Source: Candidatus Sulfotelmatobacter kueseliae (GTDB lineage Bacteria > Acidobacteriota > Terriglobia > Terriglobales > Acidobacteriaceae). Taken from it: 64,000 nucleotides of DNA. Shown one piece after another: positions 1-9,004 of the stretch. The DNA lies in contig OMOD01000122.1 of the NCBI GenBank assembly GCA_900290255.1, positions 14,314 through 78,313 on the forward strand. The letters run 5' to 3'. The translations under genes were made by a program, and so were the position numbers. Positions within the stretch are counted from its first letter, which is position 1. Every line of letters begins with the position of its first letter. A model generated the notes under the pieces. That model made no database searches and was not told where the DNA came from. It was given only the letters and a program-made list of their open reading frames with translations.

Positions 1-199
1 GGCCGATGCTACCGTGTGGGCCCGCTTCACGGAGGGCACGCTGCTGGTGGCCCGCGAAGGAAAGACGGAAAAGGCCCAATTGCAGAAGGGGCTGGAGGTT
101 CTGAAGAAATCAGAACTCCTCGGAGTTGTCTTGAACGGCGTTACTAACCCGAATCATAAGAACTATTATCAGCGCTACGCACCACAGGAAGCTAAGTAA
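1..199 (+). CDS. C-terminal end of a BY-type tyrosine autokinase / chain-length regulator (partial; gene starts upstream of window)
   Basis: Frame is open from the window edge to TAA at 197-199. ...GTLLVAREGKTEKAQLQKGLEVLKKSELLGVVLNGV... resembles the end of CpsD/Wzc/EpsG-type kinases and is followed by a Tyr-containing tail (KNYYQRY). It heads a polysaccharide locus. Confidence 0.5.
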   Translation, partial: ADATVWARFTEGTLLVAREGKTEKAQLQKGLEVLKKSELLGVVLNGVTNPNHKNYYQRYAPQEAK

Positions 200-342
200 C
201 TCCAGTCCGCCTTTCGGCGTGTGTACCTCTCTGCGCCGAAGCCTGAACAACCGAACCAGTTTGACCGTCTCCCCCGGTAAAGCCAAGCACATTATTGGAT
301 CCCCACATTCAACTCGCTTTCGCATACTTGAGGAGAAAAGCC

Positions 343-852
343 GTGAATTCCAGAGCACTAGACACTCCAAGTAGCAGAGTTTTCGTCGCAAGAGCCATGG
401 GTCGCACCCTTGATGAGGATGCCTTTCACCGGATGATCTCAATCGAGCGGCGGAGAGCCGCCCGATCGCGCAAGTCGTTTCTACTGATGCTGCTGGATAT
501 GGGTGACCATTCGACTTCGAAGAATCAGGGGACCAGCCTCCGAAAGATTTTGTCTACATTGGGCCTGATACTGAGGGAAACGGATGTCACCGGTTGGTAC
601 AAGGGAGATTCCGTCGTCGGAGTAATGTTTACGGAGATCACTCTGGATGACGAAAACTTCATTTTCGCCACGATGATGAGCAGGGTAAGCCAAGCGCTGA
701 AGAGTCGTCTGTCCCCTCAGCAGTTTAACCAGATTGGTATCTCGTTCCACCTGCTCCCAGAAGTGCGGGACCATGGGCTCGCCTCACGAAGTCTCTATCC
801 GGCGGTGTATTCCGTTTCCGCTCCCAACAGTCGCACAGGAACATCACTGTAG
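343..852 (+). CDS. Stand-alone degenerate GGDEF-like domain protein, paralogue of the N-terminal domain of the priming transferase at 4012-5145
   Basis: ORF 295..852; likely GTG start at 343 behind AGGAGA (331-336). FLLMLLDMG...[22 protein letters not shown] follows the GGDEF-domain strand pattern. RxxD (RETD, 574-585) lies 5 residues before the GG[DE]EF position, which reads KGDSV (601-615). Clearly alignable to residues ~40-165 of ORF 3964..5145. Confidence 0.6.
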   Translation: MNSRALDTPSSRVFVARAMGRTLDEDAFHRMISIERRRAARSRKSFLLMLLDMGDHSTSKNQGTSLRKILSTLGLILRETDVTGWYKGDSVVGVMFTEITLDDENFIFATMMSRVSQALKSRLSPQQFNQIGISFHLLPEVRDHGLASRSLYPAVYSVSAPNSRTGTSL

Positions 853-1041
853 CCGCGCTCCTTTGCCGCGGCGGTGCAACCTCCCCTTCCTGATCACTGT
901 CTGGATGTGTCGTTACCCGAGAGACCACAAATTGAAGCGGACAAATTCTGATTACCAAGCAAACGGCCAACGCGTTGATCTTGAACTGTCGCGTTCCACC
1001 CTCCCCTCACCTTCTCGAGGTCGCGTTCCAGTCAGCGATGC

Positions 1042-2304
1042 TTGGGTCTTAGGGAGGTCTGCAGAGAGGTGAAACCAACTGTCCTGGTTGCGGCGACTTC
1101 ACATTGGTTTCCAACGTGTCGGCTTGCGATGGCCTTGGCCAACACCGGTTGCATCGTTGAGGCGGTTTGTCCCCCTCGACATCCTCTTTGCAGGACGAAC
1201 GCTGTGCGGCGAATTCACACTTACCGTGGATTGGCACCACTGAGCTCGCTGGCGAGTGCGATCGCCTCAGCAGAGCCGGATTTGATCATTCCGGGCGACG
1301 ACCTTTGCACGCGTCACCTGCACCAGCTCCATCGCAAGGAATCTCGGCGCGGGAAGAGGGGGGCCAAAACTTGTGAGCTGATTGAACGTTCGTTTGGTGC
1401 ACCCGAGAGTTTTCCCATCGTGTACGAGAGAGCTGCGTTCATGCGGCTTGCCGAAGAAGAGAACGTGCGGGTGCCAAAGAGCGGCGTCATTACGAATCTC
1501 GACGAGCTGAGGTGCTGGACAACCCAGGTGGGCCTTCCCGTCGTACTCAAAGCAGACGGCACTTCGGGTGGCGACGGTGTGAGAATCGCCCGTACGCTTG
1601 AAGAGGCCAAACGTGCTTTACGGAAGCTGCAAGCTCCGCCGCTCCTGGCACGCGCGTTGAAGCGAGCCCTGGTAGACCGCGACAGAACCTTGATATGGCC
1701 TTCACTCCTGCGTCAGCGCTCTGTTGTCAGTGCACAGACATACGTTCCAGGCCGGGAGGCAACAAGCACGGTCGCTTGCTGGAAGGGTACCGTTCTGGCC
1801 GCCCTTCATTTCGAGGTGATCAACAAGAGGTATGCCGTGGGGCCAGCGACGGTGATGCGCTTGGTTGAAAACGCCGAGATCTCATCCGCTGTCGAGAAAA
1901 TGGTCCGCCGGCTCAATCTTTCGGGCGTGCACGGGTTCGACTTCATGCTTGAGGCGAAGACGGGAAATGCCTACCTTATCGAGATCAATCCTCGAGCGAC
2001 GCAGGTCGGACACTTGGCTCTGGGGCCTGGTCGCGATCTTCCCGCAGCTTTGTACGCAGCCATATCTGGAATTGGAGTCCGGCCGGGACCGAAGGTGACA
2101 GAAAAAGATACGATTGCTCTGTTTCCGCAGGAGTGGGGGAGGGATCCAGCTAGCGCCTTTCTGTGTTCCGCGTACCATGACGTTCCTTGGGACGAACCCG
2201 AACTGATTCGGGCTTGTGTCCGTCGCCGCCGCAAACTGAGCACTTCGAGAACTGAGGCAAACTGGGACCCAGCTTTATCCCCAGTTCGCGCACCCCGCGT
2301 ATGA
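1042..2304 (+). CDS. ATP-grasp domain protein (carboxylate-amine/thiol ligase type)
   Basis: 420-aa ORF (alternative GTG start 1069). GLPVVLKADGTSGGDGVRIARTLEEAKRAL and NAYLIEINPRATQ are typical ATP-grasp motifs. Confidence 0.75.
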   Translation: MGLREVCREVKPTVLVAATSHWFPTCRLAMALANTGCIVEAVCPPRHPLCRTNAVRRIHTYRGLAPLSSLASAIASAEPDLIIPGDDLCTRHLHQLHRKESRRGKRGAKTCELIERSFGAPESFPIVYERAAFMRLAEEENVRVPKSGVITNLDELRCWTTQVGLPVVLKADGTSGGDGVRIARTLEEAKRALRKLQAPPLLARALKRALVDRDRTLIWPSLLRQRSVVSAQTYVPGREATSTVACWKGTVLAALHFEVINKRYAVGPATVMRLVENAEISSAVEKMVRRLNLSGVHGFDFMLEAKTGNAYLIEINPRATQVGHLALGPGRDLPAALYAAISGIGVRPGPKVTEKDTIALFPQEWGRDPASAFLCSAYHDVPWDEPELIRACVRRRRKLSTSRTEANWDPALSPVRAPRV

Positions 2305-2485
2305 AAGCTCGGCGCAAGGCTACGCTGCAAGCGGTCGATCGCGAAACCGAATGAATCTCAATATGGGTAACGAGCCAGCCGCCAGACAACTCGAGAAAGA
2401 GGTGGAACCATTCTTGGAGCACGTACTCCCACTTCGCTCCGGGCATGGCGATGCGCGCTGGAGTACCCGCCGGTTCCTGCGAGTG

Positions 2486-3919
2486 ATGAAGTTCGGCGGA
2501 ACCTCGGTTGGCGACGCGGCCTGCATCCGGAAGGTGATAGAAATCATCCGGCGGGGGTCAGCGGAAAGTGACCTTGTGGTAGTTGTGTCCGCGATGAGTG
2601 GTGTGACCAACCAGCTGATCGAGACGGCTACCCAATCAGAAGCCGGCGATCGCGGATGCGCGACGAAGATTCTCGAAGACCTGCGTGCGCAGCACGACAC
2701 GGCTCTCAAAGCGTTGATTCATCCGGGCCCGGAGCGTGATCGCATCGCTCGCAAGATACGAGAGCTTTTTGAACAGTGTGAACGTTGGTGCGCAAGCACG
2801 GCTGTGCTGGGCCAACTGACGCCGCAGATGCGGGACTCGATATCCAGTCTTGGGGAGCGCCTCTCGGCTCCTCTGGTTGCTGTTGCTCTGGCTGCGCAGG
2901 GCGTGGCCAGCGAAGCGGTCGACGCCACTCAGTTGGTGGTCACGGATGGGTATCACGGCGCCGCTGACCCTAAGATGGACCTCACCCGCGAGCGCTGCGA
3001 AGCACGCCTCAGGCCGTTGCTGCAACAGGGCGTCATCCCCATCGTGACTGGCTTCATTGGAGCAACAGAGGATGGTGTGCTCACAACTCTTGGCCGCGGC
3101 GGTTCGGACTATTCCGCAACCATCCTCGGAGCGGCTCTCGAGGCGGATGAAGTCACGATTTGGACAGATGTGGACGGTATGCTCACGGCTGATCCGCACC
3201 TGGTGCCTAGTGCGAGCACCATTCCCGAAATTTCCTACCGCGAGGCGGCCGAGCTTGCTTATTTCGGGGCCAAAGTTCTGCACCCGAAGACTCTGTATCC
3301 CGTCATGCAAAAGCGTATTCCGGTCTGGATCCGGAACACCTTCGCATCGGAAAAAGCGGGAACAAAAATCACGCCCGGGGGGCATGCAGCCAGCGTGGGA
3401 GCGAAGGCTCTTACCGCGGTCAGCGAGGCAGCGCTGATCACTCTTGGTGGACCTGTTCTCAGCGGTGTGCCCGACGTTGTCGGCCGGGCGTTGGCGGCCG
3501 CTGCATCGGTTCGGACTGACGTGCTGATGAGCTGCCATTCCCCCTCTTGCAACCACGTCTGTCTGGCCGTGGCTGCTGCGTCGGCTCAGAAGACGGTTGA
3601 GGCGTTGCGTCGCGAATTCGCGCGAGACGCGAAACATGATGGTGCAGAGCATGTGACTGTCGATTCGACCGTTGCGATCCTCACCGTGGTAGGGCACAAC
3701 CTGCACCTTGTTCGGGGGATTGTCGGACGCGCGGTTGATGAGTTGAGCCGGGAGAACGTGAACGTGATCGCGACTGCACATGGATCGATGGAGCGGAACG
3801 CTTCATTCGTAGTCGCCAGAAAAGACATCCAGACCGCACTGGTTACCACTCACCGGGAGTTCCAACTCTGCGTTTTGAACTTGCCGCAGGAAAGCAGATC
3901 CGAAGCACAAGCTCTGTAG
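2486..3919 (+). CDS. lysC: Aspartate kinase
   Basis: ORF 2351..3919; canonical start MKFGGTSVGD at ATG 2486. VVVVSAMSGVTNQLIE, TTLGRGGSDYSATILGAAL and WTDVDGMLTADP are aspartokinase signatures. The C-terminal ACT-like region carries VVGHNL...ISRENVNV. Confidence 0.9.
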   Translation: MKFGGTSVGDAACIRKVIEIIRRGSAESDLVVVVSAMSGVTNQLIETATQSEAGDRGCATKILEDLRAQHDTALKALIHPGPERDRIARKIRELFEQCERWCASTAVLGQLTPQMRDSISSLGERLSAPLVAVALAAQGVASEAVDATQLVVTDGYHGAADPKMDLTRERCEARLRPLLQQGVIPIVTGFIGATEDGVLTTLGRGGSDYSATILGAALEADEVTIWTDVDGMLTADPHLVPSASTIPEISYREAAELAYFGAKVLHPKTLYPVMQKRIPVWIRNTFASEKAGTKITPGGHAASVGAKALTAVSEAALITLGGPVLSGVPDVVGRALAAAASVRTDVLMSCHSPSCNHVCLAVAAASAQKTVEALRREFARDAKHDGAEHVTVDSTVAILTVVGHNLHLVRGIVGRAVDELSRENVNVIATAHGSMERNASFVVARKDIQTALVTTHREFQLCVLNLPQESRSEAQAL

Positions 3920-4011
3920 AGGCACCGCCATCCCCCAATGAGCCCAATTAACGGGTTCGCCAAGTGATTCCGACTCGCGCCAAAAGCGAAGGGAAAGCAA
4001 GAGAGGGAGTA

Positions 4012-5145
4012 GTGAATCTACGTCGATCAGATCGGACCCTGACACTGTCAGAGCCACCAAGAAGCCGGGAATGTCTGGTGCTCGACGAAGCATCGTTCCG
4101 GAGCATGATCGCGCTGGAGAGAAAGCGAAGCGAGCGCTCTGGAAAGCCAGTGCTGCTGATGCTGCTGGATGCCGGGAGTAGTCTGTCCTTCGAAAGGAAC
4201 GAAAGAGTGCTCAGCAAGATTCTTTCTGCACTTTCGTTGTCCACGCGAGACACCGACGTTACCGGCTGGTACCAGAACCACTCAGTGGTGGGCGTAATGT
4301 TCACTGAAATGGGCTCGGATGATCATGGCGAAATTCTCGGGACCATGATGAGTCGCGTGAGCCAGACTCTGCGAGACAACTTGAGCCTGGAGAAGTTCAG
4401 CCAGATCAGCATTTCCATGCACGTGTTTCCCGAAGACTGGGAGCACGAGACTTCGTCGGCCAACCTCGCTTTATATCCGGATCTTGAGCATCGCGAAAGG
4501 ACGCGAAGAGCCGTCCTCGTGATCAAGCGGCTGATGGACATCGTGGGCAGCGTGACCGCGATGGTGCTCTTCTTTCCCATATTCTTTCTGGTTGCGTTGC
4601 TGGTCAAAATGGGGTCCAAGGGGCCGATTTATTACAAGCAGGAACGCTTGGGACAATTTGGAAGGCCATTCACATTCCTGAAGTTCCGATCGATGTATGT
4701 GAACAACGATCACGAGATTCATCGCGAATTCATGAAGCACGTGATCAACGGAGACCACGACGGAGAAGTGGAGGGCGAGGGCAAGAAGGTCTACAAGATG
4801 ACGAACGATCCGCGCATTACGCCGATCGGCCGTTTCCTGCGCCGCACCAGTCTGGATGAGCTGCCGCAGTTCCTTAACGTTCTGCGGGGAGATATGTCGT
4901 TGGTCGGACCACGACCGCCGATCGCGTACGAATGCCAGGAATATGACGTCTGGCACCGGCGCCGCGTTCTCGAAGTCAAGCCTGGAATTACCGGGCTTTG
5001 GCAAGTGACCGGGCGCAGCCGGGTGCGCTTCGACGACATGGTGCGACTGGACCTCCAATACGTACGGACGTGGTCATTGTGGCTCGACATTAAGATCCTG
5101 CTCAAAACCCCGAGGGCCGTGCTGTTCGGCGGGGACGCATTCTAG
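4012..5145 (+). CDS. Priming phosphoglycosyl transferase (bacterial sugar transferase family, undecaprenyl-phosphate hexose-1-phosphate transferase type) with an N-terminal degenerate GGDEF-like domain
   Basis: ORF 3964..5145; likely GTG start 4012 behind GAGGGAG. C-terminal half: [27 protein letters not shown] (single hydrophobic helix), [64 protein letters not shown]-terminal ~125 aa are paralogous to 343-852, with RDTD (4246-4257) and QNHSV in place of GG[DE]EF. Confidence 0.9.
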   Translation: MNLRRSDRTLTLSEPPRSRECLVLDEASFRSMIALERKRSERSGKPVLLMLLDAGSSLSFERNERVLSKILSALSLSTRDTDVTGWYQNHSVVGVMFTEMGSDDHGEILGTMMSRVSQTLRDNLSLEKFSQISISMHVFPEDWEHETSSANLALYPDLEHRERTRRAVLVIKRLMDIVGSVTAMVLFFPIFFLVALLVKMGSKGPIYYKQERLGQFGRPFTFLKFRSMYVNNDHEIHREFMKHVINGDHDGEVEGEGKKVYKMTNDPRITPIGRFLRRTSLDELPQFLNVLRGDMSLVGPRPPIAYECQEYDVWHRRRVLEVKPGITGLWQVTGRSRVRFDDMVRLDLQYVRTWSLWLDIKILLKTPRAVLFGGDAF

Positions 5146-5257
5146 ACGTTCCCCTATTTGTTAGTTGAAATACGGAAGGAGCATTGCAGTGGAAAGTCAA
5201 GTTGGGAGACCGACTGCGTTGGTTAAATCAGCAACGGATGACGCCAGTGGCTCGCGT

Positions 5258-6430
5258 ATGGACCTGGCGCAGACGCGAGTCGATGCGCCTGCAGAGACGC
5301 TTCCTAAAGCGAAGAACAGAATCTGGATTGATATCGACAATTCTCCGCATGTCCCGTTCTTCCTGCCAATCGTCGATGAATTGCAGAGACGCGGAATGGA
5401 ACTGACCCTGACCGCCCGCAACATGTATCAGGTTTGCGAGTTGCTCGACTTCTTTAAGCTTCCCTGCAAAGTGGTCGGCGGTCACTGGGGCAAGAACAAG
5501 GCTCTCAAGGTTCTGTGCAACTGCGTAAGAGTCGCGCAGTTGGTGCCGACGGCGCGTAAGGCCCGTCCGGATCTTGCGCTTTCCCACGGTTCGCGGGCGC
5601 AATTGCTTGCGTCCAAAATTCTGGGTATCCCCAGCATCATGATGCACGACTATGAACACTCCACGAAAACAGGTTTTCTTGAGGCTGACTGGGTCCTGAT
5701 GCCGGACGTAATCCCGGATGGATTGATGAGCAGGAAATCGGAAAGAGTGCTTCGGTATCCCGGCCTCAAAGAGGACGTGTACATCCCGCGCTTTCGTCCC
5801 GACCCCTCAATCCTGCCCCAGCTAGGGATCTCGCCCGATCAACTGGTGGTGACGGTCCGGCCGCCCGCAACCGAAGCGCACTATCACAACCCCGAGAGTG
5901 AAGTGCTGTTTACCGAAGCCATGCGTCTGTTGTCTTCTAACCCCAGCGTTCGTGCAGTGACCTTGCCTCGGAATGCACGGCAGAGCCAGCAACTGCAATC
6001 GGAATGGAAAGACCTGATCGCCTCTGGTTGCATGCTGATCCCAAGTAGTCCGGTCGATGGCCTCAATTTGCTCTGGTTCTCGGATCTGGTCATCAGCGGC
6101 GGTGGCACCATGAATCGCGAAGCCGCGGCTCTCGGAGTTCCCGTCTACAGTATCTTTCGAGGCAAAATTGGAGCCGTCGATCGCTACCTGGCCGAACAGG
6201 GCAGGATGACGCTCATTGAAAGTGCCCAAGAAGTCCGGACCAAGATTAAGGTGTGCCGGTGGAATCGACCCTCCGAACCGGAAGGCCGGTCCCGGCCTGC
6301 GCTCCAGTTCATCGTGAATAGTGTCCTGTCCGTGCTGGCCGCCCAGGATCCGCGATTTAGCGCCTGGCAAATGCGCGGCACTCCCGAGTCAAAGATTCAC
6401 CCGAGACAAGCCAGTACGGCGCAATCCTGA
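5258..6430 (+). CDS. DUF354 family protein (GT-B/epimerase-like fold, function unknown)
   Basis: ORF 5165..6430; probable ATG at 5258. RIWIDIDNSPHVPFFLPIVDELQRRGMELTLTARN...DLALSHGSRAQLLASKILGIPSIMMHDYEHS matches my recollection of the DUF354 N-terminal signature. Confidence 0.75.
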   Translation: MDLAQTRVDAPAETLPKAKNRIWIDIDNSPHVPFFLPIVDELQRRGMELTLTARNMYQVCELLDFFKLPCKVVGGHWGKNKALKVLCNCVRVAQLVPTARKARPDLALSHGSRAQLLASKILGIPSIMMHDYEHSTKTGFLEADWVLMPDVIPDGLMSRKSERVLRYPGLKEDVYIPRFRPDPSILPQLGISPDQLVVTVRPPATEAHYHNPESEVLFTEAMRLLSSNPSVRAVTLPRNARQSQQLQSEWKDLIASGCMLIPSSPVDGLNLLWFSDLVISGGGTMNREAAALGVPVYSIFRGKIGAVDRYLAEQGRMTLIESAQEVRTKIKVCRWNRPSEPEGRSRPALQFIVNSVLSVLAAQDPRFSAWQMRGTPESKIHPRQASTAQS

Positions 6431-6483
6431 ACCCCCAATTCTCTTGGGACTCCATCGAGAACTGACGGATCCTTCTTAGGAGA

Positions 6484-7635
6484 GTGATGTTGAGTCCAGC
6501 AATTCCGATTGGTACGAACTCGGCGGCTCTTCAGGCCGAGTGGGCGAGGCCGCGAGAGGCAGCCTCGAAAGCCGACCACGGGCTGGTCTATTGCATTCAA
6601 CCCCTGGAAGACGCTCGCTGGGAGCGGTTCTTAGAGGGGCATCCCCGCGCGTCCGTCTTTCATTCTTCGCCGTGGTTGAAGGCTCTGCAGCGGACTTATG
6701 GATACCAACCCGTTGCGTATACGACGTCTTCAGCCGTTCAGAACCTCGAAGATGCAATTGTGTTTTGCAAGGTCGATAGTTGGTTGACCGGACGAAGACT
6801 GGTCTCTCTGCCGTTCTCGGACCATTGCGATCCACTAGCGGGCGCAGACGACGTAGCTGTGATTACGACGAGAATTCTCCAACAGGAACTTAGTGCAAAC
6901 CGCTGGCGCTACGTGGAGCTGCGGCCCCTCCAACCCCTTGAGATCTCGACGCAGCTCCACCGCACGGACGTGACTTACGCCTTTCACCAACTGGATCTGG
7001 AGCCTGATCTCGATACCCTTTTTCACAACCTGCACAAGAACTCGACGCAGCGGAAGGTCCGCCGGGCGGAGCGCGAAGGTCTGGTATATCGCGAGGGCAC
7101 GACGGGAGAGTTTCTTGATCATTTCTACAGGCTCTTCCAAATGACCCGCCAGCGACACAACGTGCCGCCTCAGCCAAAGCGGTGGTTCGCCAACGTGATC
7201 ACTTGCTTCGGTGATGCACTCAAGATTCGGGTGGTGTTTGCAGGGGATCGTCCTGTGGCGGCGATGATCACGATTCGCTTCAAAGAGACGTTGGTCTACA
7301 AGTATGGATGCTCCGATCCTCGATTCAATAGACTCGGGAGCATGCATCTGCTGTTCTGGAGAGCGATCCAGGAGGCGAAGATGCTGGGATTACGGTCCCT
7401 CGATTTTGGTCGCACGGACGCCGGTCAACAAGGGCTCATCACTTTCAAGAACAGATGGGGAGCGACCCAATCGGTGCTGACTTATTTAAGATACGGAACT
7501 GAGGAAAAGTCGACGCACTTTTTCGATTTGCCAACAACGCAATGGAAGGCGCGAGCGACAAAATATGCGTTGTCCTGTTTGCCGTCTCGTGTGGTCTCAG
7601 CGGTCGGCCGGGTGCTCTACCGCCATATAGGGTAG
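6484..7635 (+). CDS. FemAB-like / BioF2-like (tandem GNAT fold) acyl- or aminoacyl-transferase, as found in exopolysaccharide loci
   Basis: SVFHSSPWLKALQRTYGYQP, HKNSTQRKVRRAEREGL and RFNRLGSMHLLFWRAIQEAKMLGLRSLDFGRTD..QGLITFKNRWGA are typical of FemAB-related EPS-locus proteins. Confidence 0.7.
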   Translation: MMLSPAIPIGTNSAALQAEWARPREAASKADHGLVYCIQPLEDARWERFLEGHPRASVFHSSPWLKALQRTYGYQPVAYTTSSAVQNLEDAIVFCKVDSWLTGRRLVSLPFSDHCDPLAGADDVAVITTRILQQELSANRWRYVELRPLQPLEISTQLHRTDVTYAFHQLDLEPDLDTLFHNLHKNSTQRKVRRAEREGLVYREGTTGEFLDHFYRLFQMTRQRHNVPPQPKRWFANVITCFGDALKIRVVFAGDRPVAAMITIRFKETLVYKYGCSDPRFNRLGSMHLLFWRAIQEAKMLGLRSLDFGRTDAGQQGLITFKNRWGATQSVLTYLRYGTEEKSTHFFDLPTTQWKARATKYALSCLPSRVVSAVGRVLYRHIG

Positions 7636-7661
7636 GAGCCGAGACAATCACCATCTAATCA

Positions 7662-8855
7662 ATGAAAACTTCCGGAGCATTACTTCCAATGACACAAGCA
7701 AGAGTCGCGACGTCGCCCCGGGTGGAGAATACTGCTGCCACGGTCAACCGCTTCGTCAATTTGGCCGTACGCGGACTGGTGCCGATGTTCGACCGGCAGC
7801 GGCAGTTGTTCTGCTATCGCTTGAAGAAGACTGACCAGGGCATGGTTCGGGAAGACATATCTCACCGCTACACGGCAATGACCCTGCTCGGACTTCATCA
7901 GCTGGGCCAAGCCGGAACGGTTTCACCGTTCGATACGGAGTCGATTCTCCAGACGTTGTTGTCCGACGTTTCATGGGTCGACAACATCGGAGACCTCGGC
8001 GTGCTTCTGTGGCTTTGTGCTGTGGTTTGCCCCCAGCGATTGTCCGCGCTCGAACCTCGTCTGCGACTTGAGACAGCACTGAAACGCTTTCAAGGTGCAA
8101 GGCAGGGCGCGACCATGGAACTTGCGTGGTTCCTGACCGGCCTCTCTTATTGGGGACAGGCGTATCCGGAAAAATTGCCACGGTTGGAAGCCCTCGCTTT
8201 CAAAACATACGACACTATGACGAGGAACCAGGGCGACCGCGGCTTCTTTGGGCACCTGTCAACTTCTCGCAGTCTTTCGGGCCTAGCTCGAGGCCGCATC
8301 GGCAGCTTTGCCGACCAGGTGTATCCCATCTATGCTATGGCGCAGTTCTCCAAAGCCTATCAGCATGAGGAAGCCGCCGATCGCGCCTTGAAGTGCGCGG
8401 TTGGAATCTGCGAGGTGCAGGGCCCACTGGGACAGTGGTGGTGGCATTATGATGCTCCCGGAGGACGGGTCACGGAGGGATACCCGGTTTTTTCCGTTCA
8501 TCAGCATGCGATGGGGCCAATGACGCTGTTCGGGCTCGGCGAAGCCATCAATCGCAACTTCGATGAGTGGATTTACAAAGGACTGCATTGGATCAACTCG
8601 GACAATGAACTCGGTTATGACATGGAGGACGCTTCGCGGTGCGTGATTTGGCGGTGCATCTTCCGCTCGCGGCGCTCTTTGATGAAATATTTCAGAGCCG
8701 GGTTTGGCCGCCATTCCGACACAGTCCAGCATCCGCACCCGGGTGACTTGAAGATTCTGTTCGAGTGCCGCCCCTATGAACTGGGCTGGCTGCTTTACGC
8801 TTTCTCCAGTCGGGCCCGGAAACATAGTCCAAGAGCGGACGGGCCCACAGATTAG
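7662..8855 (+). CDS. Hypothetical protein, possibly alpha/alpha-toroid-like
   Basis: 397-aa ORF in the operon, ATG start, no recognisable motif. Repeated aromatic/Gly-rich helical segments (AWFLTGLSYWG, QWWWHYD, HQHAMGP) only hint at a toroid fold. Confidence 0.5.
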   Translation: MKTSGALLPMTQARVATSPRVENTAATVNRFVNLAVRGLVPMFDRQRQLFCYRLKKTDQGMVREDISHRYTAMTLLGLHQLGQAGTVSPFDTESILQTLLSDVSWVDNIGDLGVLLWLCAVVCPQRLSALEPRLRLETALKRFQGARQGATMELAWFLTGLSYWGQAYPEKLPRLEALAFKTYDTMTRNQGDRGFFGHLSTSRSLSGLARGRIGSFADQVYPIYAMAQFSKAYQHEEAADRALKCAVGICEVQGPLGQWWWHYDAPGGRVTEGYPVFSVHQHAMGPMTLFGLGEAINRNFDEWIYKGLHWINSDNELGYDMEDASRCVIWRCIFRSRRSLMKYFRAGFGRHSDTVQHPHPGDLKILFECRPYELGWLLYAFSSRARKHSPRADGPTD

Positions 8856-9004
8856 TCGGCAGTCACAACGTCCCGAGTTTTGCAGACGAACAAGTAAGGC
8901 GAGGCAGATCTTCTCGCTTACAAATCTTAACCACAGGCATTTCGCAACAGACCCCTTAAAATCGGAGAGATCCGTTTACCATTCGGGTCCACGTAAGGCT
9001 TCAT

